From Priapulus caudatus (lineage: Eukaryota), in the NCBI RefSeq assembly GCF_000485595.1, contig NW_014577068.1, positions 1,058,399 through 1,121,137 of the forward strand: DNA of 62,739 nucleotides, in the 5' to 3' direction. Shown here piece by piece: positions 52,531-62,739 of this stretch. The position numbers were made by a program, and so were the translations under genes. A model generated the notes under the pieces. It was not told where the DNA came from. It worked only from the letters and a program-made list of their open reading frames with translations, and did not search any database. Within the stretch, counting starts at the first letter, position 1, and each line of letters opens with the position of its first letter.

Positions 52531-55500
52531 ATTAAGGTTAACCAATGGAATTCAACACGTACGTGCATTTAATCTGTACGCACCCGCCATCTATTGATGA
52601 ATAAGAATTTTATGATTTTTTTATGCTTTTTTTAACTATTTTAAATTTTGCTTTAAATTAAACTTCCAGACGTGCTGATTCTGAAAATATCTTTAGTTTT
52701 CCTCTAGCTGCGAGTTTAACTAGTTTATGCGAGTTACGAAACTAATTCGGCTGAACCAACTTTATATATATGGCACACATATATATAGCCGTTTCGTATA
52801 GATAATGTCACTTGCTATATATGGGACTAGAAGAGTAACCTTGAGAGCAATTAAAAGCTTTTAAACCCCACAATCCTACGTTATTTTTACCTCGTTATTT
52901 CACAATGATACTGCCTATAGAAAGCACAAATATAAACTAAACGAGCATTTAAAGTTCGATTACAAGTACTATTCTTTGTATTAAGTAATAGGAAAGGAAG
53001 AAAATGGACGTTTTGTCGTCACATCTATTGTGTTTGCTGTAAGGCAGCCACGTAGCGTGCATTCTCTCCTAACTTCACATGGTTATCTGGTTCTTCGCCA
53101 CACGTTAGAACTTAAACTGATTCGAAGGTTACATCGTTCTTTTAGACATGTTTGCATTTGTTGCGCACCTCATCCGGACAACCGTGAATCTACCGAAGCC
53201 AAACCAACCGTTAAATGCCAACCAAATACAAACCAACTGTATATTTTTTATACAACCAAACGCATGAATGCAGGTTTTATTCTGACTAGAAACATCGTTG
53301 ATTGTCACCGCCCCCATGCCTCTGCCCCTAGAGAACCAACTTCACGACATATTTACGAACTCCGCTATATGAAGAAGAAGTCGCGTTTAAACATGATGTA
53401 TCAATGGTAGGTTATACATTAGATCACGTGTTTTAGCCAAGTGACGGTTAAACAGCTTACAAGTGTGTTTGTTGTATGGTTATCATAAAGTGCTTGACGT
53501 TAGACAACATACACAAACATGTAAAACCTATTTAATGGGATTCTTACCTTACCATAAAGATCTTTAGACGTTAAACATTCAATGTGGTGGGCCACGCTCC
53601 TGAAATTCTTCCTCTGTTTCATTCTTTGTGCATTTTTGGTGTATTGCTCAGTTGATCCGTCCATTGAATTTTACTAATACAAGATCATCCATGTTTCTGT
53701 GTTTCAATTACAATTACTTGGTGAATAAACTCTGTCAATTTGCCCTATTTTTGCTCAAATATGTTTGCTCCGTTTGGTTTAGATTACTATGAAACTAATC
53801 CGTTAATGTTTTTATCTGGCAACACTTTGTATTTGTTATGGTTGGTAGTGCGGCTTGAACGGGAAAACTCAATCTTCTTTTGTATGCTGACAGGTTTGTG
53901 GTGTTCTCTGGTTTATTTACGGCCCGTTGCCATGCAATTCTGCCAACCTTCGGCACGGACCCGATTTACATAGCCTTCGCGGCAGCTGCGTTAGTACGGT
54001 ATCCATGCTACGCTGTTCTCGGCAGTACTTCACAAATACCTGGGGAGGAAGTTGTCTTTATCGGAACCATTTGCTTGGCCAGGGGATCACCTGCCCTTTG
54101 TAACTGCATTACCGTGGCCAACTTATAAGTGTGAATTGATAATTAGACCTACAACATAGCCATTTTAGTTTTCATACACTAGTTATGTGTACCTTGCCGG
54201 CGGTCTCTATCGTGCGTGCTTATTCTCGTTCTCGCGCGTCTCTTTTTATATCGTTCTGTTGCACGATAACTGCAGTGCGCGGATTTGCACTAGACATGAT
54301 TTAGTGAAATTAAATAGGAATCAATATTAATCTATCACATTCGATTATTGAATGCGATGCTAACGCCCTCGGTGCTGCAGACTATGCCGTCGATATATAA
54401 TAATATGGCCCCCGTTTATGCCGCCAAAAGTTAGCCGTGAACTTTCGCAGAAGTGTTATAGGCCGGGTGGCTATTTAACTCCGCGTTGCGTTCACGGCTA
54501 CAGGCAAGTACCTGCATCATTCTATGCGTGACGGCCATGTTTAGCCCGGTAGCGATTCTAGTAAACACCACTGCGCGAAAATCATTTCTCATGGCGGCCA
54601 TACTTACGAAAAAATCGCTCCCAGGCAGAGTTTTTTTTTAAATCTCATTTCTTGACCTGTCTCAGCGCTATTTTGGGCTGATTTCCACCGTAATACATTC
54701 TACCCGCCATCGCGAGGCACCCGACGTTAACCGGTTAAATACTTCCGGGTCACATACACGTGATCATACGTCAAAAAGTTACCCGTAATTTACCTAGCCA
54801 GCAATAAACAAATGTTTATTTACTCACTTTTGCAGGACTTGAATTGCGGTCATTGTTTACAACATTACAATACGTTAATTACAACACTTTACAATAACGA
54901 TTACAAACGTTATTTACAATTAGAACAATTTGCCATGTTATGCATCAGTGGCACATACGGCAATTGCTTTCTGTACAGTGGTCGAACTGTATACTTGCAC
55001 TGTCGTTCGCAATATTTGGACTTGGATAGTAACTCAAATGCGGCACTTGCTCAGCTATTCTAGCTCCATACGTTGCTTTACTGTACGATATACACGTTAT
55101 TGCCACTAAGAATTTGTCTACAACCTAAAATAACAGACGTATAAAGTGTTTAATTTGCAGGTAGATAAATTTTCATCAATTTGTTAAGCATCTATTGATG
55201 AAAATCCTAAAATATCATATATCTTATGCACGTTCTTTGTACGTCATGTGTGCGTTACACGAGCTTACCGTCGCTCTTTGATATTGAAGTATCGATGTAT
55301 TTAATATTTCCTAGTTATTGTTGCCAAAATTTTGGTTCTCTTTTCTTTATCACCATCGATAATTAACTAATTTTAGTCAGCGTATGTATAGACGTGAATA
55401 TCCCCTGCCCTCATCTTTGGAGTATGGCATCTCAAGCAAGTATTACGCAGGCTCTTTCTGCAGAAACACAGAGACCAAGAGGACGCAGGACATTTAGAAC

Positions 55501-55943
55501 GATAGCGAAAATTTTGGAAAGTTGAGTTCATAATATGCGATTTGTACTATACTCTTATACGATTCGTTTCATGCCTTATATTATTTTGGGTTATATTCAT
55601 ATATTCTTACTGATCAAATTAAGTCTTCAGTGTCTAATATTTTGCCTATACTTGATAATCTAATCTCAAGTGATTTAGCGCTGGTTTATTGGCCTAATTG
55701 CGTATTATTTTTTCGTCTCGCAAACCAAACAAATACCTTCAACGCGACAAATACAGTTCAGGCAGATTGAATGGCAGAAGTAGAAACATAAATATTATAT
55801 GTGATTTCGTTTTTTAGAACAGAGGTTTTGGACGACTACTACCACCAGAAAGCCATCGATGACAATAACAGTGCAGTAGAGCAATAGCGCCTATCTAAAC
55901 AGCTTACTGCCTAGACTGTTTTTGCTACATCGAGATCACTCAA

Positions 55944-58900
55944 CGAGATATAGCGGCTAAGGCGCTTTTGCCGATAGCGCGCGAAGCTGCCTCAAATGTA
56001 CACATATTGATCGTATTTGATATATGATATGATAATAAATAATAATAAACTGTAAGAATCGAATTAATCTTACTGCCATATGCAGTATGGAAAGAACAGA
56101 TCGCGTCTCGAACGTTTGAGGATAGCAAGCCGTTAGATGATTTTGCATAGCATATTGTATTGAAATTGGTAACTTGGAAGATGGGGCAACTGATCGATTC
56201 TTTTTTTGCGCGCAGCGGAAGTTTCGCTCAGGACGTTCCACCAACTCGTAGATGCCCATTCTCGGGGGCTACGCCGGAGCACTGGTTGTCGAGTGCAGAC
56301 TAGAATTACTTGCCGGAGCACATGCAGAAAAGAACTTCAGCATTTTTTTCCCACTAGAAGAGGGAACAACGGGCCACGATGACTTTCTCGCCAGTGCCAC
56401 CATGTTTGTGGCGAGAAAGACTATTTCGCAGCTAGCAGCACTGTATCGGAACGGCATCATTAGAGACTGTTCCGGCATCGTTTCCTTCAGTAATGTCGAA
56501 GCAAGCCAAGTGCCACATGGATGGCTTCTACGATGCGTCATTTCGATACATTTCGACATTGGTCACGGAAGTAATGTTCTCGCTTAACGTAAAAAAAAAA
56601 CCATTAATTAATTGTTCGGTCGCGCGCCTTTACTTGTCATATTTCCTGTGGACCTCCCTGCGCTTACTAGTATATTAACGAGTCACCTGATAGCTAGTTT
56701 ATGGTTTAGTTGTGAAAAAATCATTTTCTCATAATATTCCTTATGCCAAATAACGAATAATGGAAACGAAGTAGATATTGCTAGTTTTCGTGATTCGAGA
56801 AATTCCCGTATTGTACCTTGCATTTGTGTATTAAATATTTTATTGGTATTGCGTATTGCGTATTGAATTATTGTACATGACTGTGTAGGGCAATATTATT
56901 AGCTCAGTGTTCTTCAACTATGTTGTCAGTTTGCCTGGCAAAATTACATTAGGTTCTTTCCACCTTTTTCCAGCTGGGATCTTGGTCTTGTGGCGAAACA
57001 GGCGTTAGCAGCCTTCTGCCTCAATCTGTCTACATGTTGGTATGATTAGCAGGGTGCTACGCGTTCGCGAACTCTGGCGCGAACATCGTAAGACATAATT
57101 AATAAATATAAATATAACTATAAATATAAAAATAAAGTATAATATAGAGAGTTTGTGCACTACAGAATAAAGAATCGTTTTCAATCGGAGGTGATGGACG
57201 GGTTATCACAGTTACTAAAACAATGAGCTCTGATATATGGCCTTGATATATGTAAATATTGCGAGACGAATGATAAAAATATCTATATATATAGGGTGTA
57301 TGAAATATACTTTATGTTTATCGGAGCCTTTGTTATGGTTACTCATAGGAAAGGGAGGAAGTGGACAGTGCTTCTTTCCGTCGTTGATATTTGCCCTGAG
57401 TGCACTGCCAGCATCCTTTCTCTCCAACCTCATCACGTTTTTTTATATCTCCGGCTAATATCGGGGCAGCTTCTGCCGGAACGTGCCAATGCTGCTATAA
57501 TATATGGTAATTAAAACGGATTGGTCTTCTATGTCCTATATTATCGGTTCTTCGAACACTGATGAATATATTTCAACTTTTAAAAAACGTGCGATAAATA
57601 TTTTAAGTACTTTTAGTCAACGCGCTGACCAGCAAACGTGTAGTTCATGGTGGGTATTATACTGGTGGCACTGGTATCAGTACTTATACTCATGCTGGGT
57701 ACTTTACGAATCGCTCTAGCATGTTCTTATACAGGCATAGAAAGGCGTTGGACCCACTTACAGAAACCCGAGTGGGCGTTGGCGTCATTAGCGTTATTCT
57801 ACGGCCACTGTTAGTGGCTCTGTGTGCCCTGGGTGATTTCGCGACTGGCGAAAACCTTGAATTTTTCCATATCTATCTGGTGTTTTCCTATGTTGATCTG
57901 ACTTGTAAGTATTATCGAATACAGTTATTATTAGATTGTATTAACAATCGTGTTTCCGTGGTGTTGCTCAACCTTTAATAATAAATATTTCAGTTTCTGT
58001 TCTCTGGTGGGAACAATTCAAGATTCATTGAAGGTATTCATGAACGATGATCAATTACTCTTATAGAAAACCATCACGGCAATACTTCACGTATTAACAG
58101 TTATTTTAGTTGTGTGAGCTTCTACGCGTTACATAATATACTGTCTGGTCCGATGTCATTATATATACCTTATCAAGTATATCTGCATCTGTACGCGAGC
58201 GCTTAATTAGGACTAATTACGAAAGCACGAAATTCAGATTACTAGGATTAATTCGAATTAAACATGTTACAACGAATAAGATAGCATTAAGGACTGAGAT
58301 TACCAGAATACATGCATTGTTACTGGTTCGCAGACAGATTATATTCAATTAGGGGTGTATTAGCTTAACGCCTAGATAACGTGGTTCGATCCCCTATACC
58401 TTTGATTTGCCGTGGAGGCAGTACATGCATTCAGGTAATGCAAACAAACACGCTGTGTGTATTGTGCCTGCGTGCGTCGTGCGTATGTGCGTGTGCTGGA
58501 TGAGTGTGTATGAATGCCTACCTAGTACCTACCACTAACCACAGGAAAACGGGCAAAAAATATTGTCTTCGATCTATACTTAATAATAAACCGTGTTATA
58601 TTATATGTACAGACAGCCGTATGTCTATACATATAAATAACGTATATTTTATATATTTATAGGCAGACGAACTTTTTAGCCTTAAAAAAATTATGTGCGT
58701 CAAGCCGTCGCAGGCTGGCACGTACACACACTAGTGTGCACACATACCGTTGTCTCTTACTCAACCATTTACCTAGTTTACGATTTAATGTTATTATTAT
58801 GCTTGGCATTATTTAACCCCTATTTCGTTTAATCATATACAGTAAATAGCTCAATAATGTATTAAATATGATAGTAATCGTAATGTAAAAGTACCTTATA

Positions 58901-60290
58901 TTCACCGTATATCATCGAAAACTATCTAGATTCCAATTACTGAGATGTGTATAATGTGAAATTTTCGACTAGCGGTTCTATTATTCAGATTAGATATTCA
59001 AACATCAATCAGAAACTCTACAATAAGAATCGTGCGTATAATAGCAGTGTAAATTATTGCAGTATTATCCCGCGAGTCTCCTCGTTGGCTCTACGCTCAA
59101 GACGGAGGAATGGATGAGTGCGAACACGCCCTGCGAAGAGTCGCGAAGGAGAAACAGGAAAGCCTATCCAGACCACATTGATCTCAAGCAGCATTTAAAG
59201 GTGCAGATCAATATCAGATCCTGGCAGCCGTGAGCTATATCAAGGCATTATTATACCTATTAAACAACTAATAAGTTTTTACGGAACGTATAGTTATTTT
59301 ATTATCTTTTAGGACTACATCGCCTATGTATTGATTACCAGGGCGATCGAAAGTAAACTAAATTTCGTGCGAAAAGTATTTTCGAATCATAATTAAATAA
59401 ATAAATTGAAAATGACTGATATCGACTACGGTGCCTAGATCCATACGAGATATATCCTAATTACACTATGTAGAGATAATGAAAGAGTGTAAATAAATAT
59501 ATGCCAATACCGCTTGAAAAGCATATGTCGATCGTCTGCTTCAGTCTTATAGAGTTACGACAACCGATGGGAAGTCACGAGAGCAAATATCACGATTTTA
59601 GTTCGGACTCCAACATGCGAAAAATTTCATTCATCATGTGGATGCAAGTGTACAAGACTTAAAAACGAATATTATTAGCTACCAATTAACTATAAATTAT
59701 ATAATGATGTATTCTGATCTTAAAACATCACGTTCAAATTCTCGCTTACCTTTAGATATCTTATCTTTCAATTCTTAGTCCGAAATTTGTGAATGTATAA
59801 CTCATTAATCGCACGCGTGTGTTCACACTAATGTTTATAAGCCGTAGCTATTGTAACTGATGATATGAACGTATTTGAATGATCGCGATCATATGTGGGT
59901 TTGGGAGATTATATTCATAATATTCAGTTAATCTTTCAATTGCAGGTGTCACAGTAGGCTCTCGTTATTACGGGGCTCGCTCTCCAATTCAGCCAACTGG
60001 GAACAAAACCCTACATGAGTTTTGTGATAATGCCCTAGTAGGGTATCAGCCAAACTATCCCTGCCACGGCCCTGATCCTAAAGCACTCGGAAGACGCGGT
60101 TATCGTTGTCACTGACCGCGCTAATTGGAGGAGCTAGTTGCTGCTTTTATTAGCCTTGCCCTGCCTACGCGTAAAGTTTATGCTTATGGGCGAGACCGGT
60201 GACCCGAAATGCAGGGATTTTTATTATGGTAATCCATTATTCCACACACACGCCGCGTGCGCGCACACACACCGCGTTACGCGCGTTACC
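55944..60290 (+). pseudogene. Second, indel-riddled copy of the SLC22 gene (exons 1-7 with introns); probably the alternate haplotype from an uncorrected read
   Basis: Collinear with ~43321-47880 including introns; dense 1-2 nt indels in exons and introns alike; lacks the MITE at 44545-44897; ends in a (CA)n expansion. Confidence 0.75.
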
Positions 60291-60518
60291 ACGCCACAGA
60301 CACAACACACACACACACACACACACAGCACACACACCACATACCACACACACACCACCACACACGATACACACACACACACAGCACACACACACACGAC
60401 ACGACACACACACACACACCACACACAACATTACACATACACATACACATACACTACATACACCACATACCACACACCACACACACACACACCACACACA
60501 CACAACGCTGCGCGCGCA

Positions 60519-60560
<42 letters not shown>

Positions 60561-60908
60561 TACACACACACACACACATCACACACACACACACAACACA
60601 CACACACAACATACACATCACACATGTCATACACATACACATACACACATTACACCACATACCACACACCACACACCACACACACACACACAAACCGCGC
60701 CGCCCGCGCGCGCGCACAACACACACACACACACACACACACTCACACACACTATCACACACCACACACACACACATACCACAAACACACACACACAACA
60801 CACACGCACACACACACACACACACACCACATACACACACACACACGCATACACATACAACAAAAACACGCATACACACACACTCGCAGCGCGGCGCGCA
60901 TAACACAT

Positions 60909-60937
<29 letters not shown>
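60290..60937. repeat. Degenerate (CA)n expansion
   Basis: Direct inspection; appears to repeat the 47860-47990 tract several times with noise. Confidence 0.9.
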
Positions 60938-60940
<3 letters not shown>

Positions 60941-61539
60941 ATCCCCAATTTATAGTAAGATATCAACAAGACTTTGCCGACATCGACTCATCATATAACG
61001 GGAAACTTGGTCATCGGGATTTAGTAGCGCCATGCGCAACATTGTGCAAATTTTGTCAACCTTTATTATGGCTTAATTATGGGCGCTCGCATTTTTTATA
61101 TTTACAAATAATATTTTCATCGTTATCACAACACTGAGCTAAAAATTAATTGAAATATATGTCAGCTGTTATGTTTACACGAGTTTTTAGTAACAATTAT
61201 CGAACAGATTTTGATTGTACCAAGCTTACAAAAATAATGTTGTACGTAAAATTTAGGTGTTCAATTAATTGTGGACATATTATTTTCCTCTAGTCATGCA
61301 ATCATAAATAGCATACAAGTCCGTCAAAGGCAGCATTTATTCCCTATTTATAAAACATCTGAATTTATAAATTATAAAACCTATTAATTATAGGGCCTAT
61401 TATACATTATATTTATAAAATATCCGAATAAATGTTCATAATTTTTAGACGGGGTTTTGTCTGTGCATCCCCCTTAAATTTCGTTCTGCTGTCAAAACAA
61501 GCGTTCACTGCGTTTTACTGCCGGCGCGTTCACGTTTTT

Positions 61540-62090
61540 CGCGCCGCGAGCGAGCGAAAACACGGCGGCGGCGGCGAGCGAGCAGAATCGGCGCGGTCAC
61601 GTTTTTCGCAACCGGCGACGTCACGATTTTCGCAGCCGGCGCGGTCACCTTTTTCGCAGCCGGCGACGTCACGTTATTCGTTGTCGTCGTCGTCATTTTT
61701 AGTCTACGTCGTCATCATTACTCGCTCTGAGGCGAGAGGCCAAAGGCTAAAACACAGCACCGCGAGCGAGCGAAAACACGGCGGCGGCGGCGGCGAGCGA
61801 GCAGAATCGGCGCGGTCGCCTTTTTCGTAGCCGGCGCCGTCACCTTTTGATTAGCCGGCGCGGTCACCTTTTTCGCACCGCGAGCGAGCGAAAACACGGC
61901 GGCGGTGGTGAGCGAGCAGAATCGGCGCCGTGTTTTCGCTCGCTCGCGGTGCTGTGTTTTAGCCTTGTCAGGGCGAGTAATGATGACGACGTCGACTAAA
62001 AATGACGATGACGACCACGAAAAAGGTGACGTCGCCGGCTGCGAAAAAGGTGACGGCGCCGGCTGCGAAAAACGTGACCGCGCCGGCACT
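61540..62090. repeat. GC-rich minisatellite with a foldback arrangement
   Basis: About 24-bp TTTTCGCAGCCGGCGCGGTCAC units and CGCGAGCGAGCGAAAACACGGCGGCGG blocks; ~61926-62090 is the reverse complement of ~61620-61785. Confidence 0.7.
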
Positions 62091-62246
62091 AGGCGGCTTC
62101 CGTAATATTTAATAGTTTTATTGTATCTTTATGTTCCATTTTATACTGTGTGGTGTCTCGTACATACAATATATACTAGCGCCGTATTTGCGTAAGTTTT
62201 TGGTATTCGCTATGTCAGTTGAACACAGGCGTAGAGTGACGACTTA

Positions 62247-62672
62247 AGGCCGTCGCACACCTACCCAAAAATCGATCCGATTAAAAAATCTCTTCATCGT
62301 TTGTAAAATCGGCTCAGCGCGACGCATTCCGATAAACACCCGCACACCAACGATAAAATGTGATGTCATAATAAACCTACGATAAAATGTAAATGTCATG
62401 TGACACGGGCACGTTCAGCTATTGGCTGTTCAATATTTATCGTAGACGATTTTCCTGAGTTCACGCGTACACCACAAAATCTTGTCGGTTTACACAAAAT
62501 CGCTTCCAAATAATCGGTTCAAAATCAAACATGTTTGATTTGGAACGATCACCCGATAAAAATAATCGTAAGTAAAATCGTCTACAAATGAACGCGCACA
62601 CCTAGCCGATATCGGCTGATTTCTATCGGGCCGATCAAATCGCGTGAAAAATCGGCTGGTGTGCGACCCACT
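62247..62672. mobile_element. Harbinger-type MITE
   Basis: TTA|AGGCCGTCGCACACC ... GGTGTGCGACCCACT|TTA; internal CGCACACC and AAAATCG repeats. Confidence 0.7.
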
Positions 62673-62739
62673 TTACGTGCAGCTCAGGGAAGTTAGCTCC
62701 CAGTTCCCAGTTCCCAGTTCCTTATTCGAATAAGGAACT

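Noticed and set aside
53030..55063. Several short plus-strand ORFs (77-126 aa)
   Set aside because: No recognisable motifs or consistent exon chain; could be repeat-derived, but I cannot support any call.
60138..60998. His/Thr-rich 286-aa protein
   Set aside because: (CA)n expansion read in frame after the noisy SLC22 exon 7 copy.

Overview
Repeat-rich genomic DNA from an invertebrate animal (a lophotrochozoan is my guess), in a draft assembly with four N-gaps and several indel-ridden duplicated blocks that look like raw long reads. Three spliced genes can be reconstructed by hand with consistent exon phases. (1) EDC3, complete, + strand, 6 coding exons, 4003-22897, 483 aa, with LSm, FDF and YjeF_N-like domains. 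(2) The 3' part of a Na+/Ca2+ exchanger (SLC8/NCX-like), - strand, 9 exons, 42343-27388, with one GC-AG intron; its 5' exons were not found. (3) An SLC22/Orct-like transporter, + strand, from 43451, lying where the missing NCX upstream intron would be, plus an error-laden second copy at ~55950-60290. Introns and intergenic DNA hold many nested DNA transposons: PIF/Harbinger deletion derivatives with transposase and MADF remnants, hAT-like MITEs with 8-bp and 5-bp TSDs, Kolobok-like, Tc1/pogo-like and HINE/Helentron-like elements, and a long-TIR element carrying duplicated LINE 3' ends. I found no convincing new biological system. The best leads are the possible antisense nested gene, the head-to-head Harbinger pair, the atypical SLC22 binding-site residues, the TIR element carrying LINE pieces, and inverted repeats around an in-frame 732-nt EDC3 exon block.
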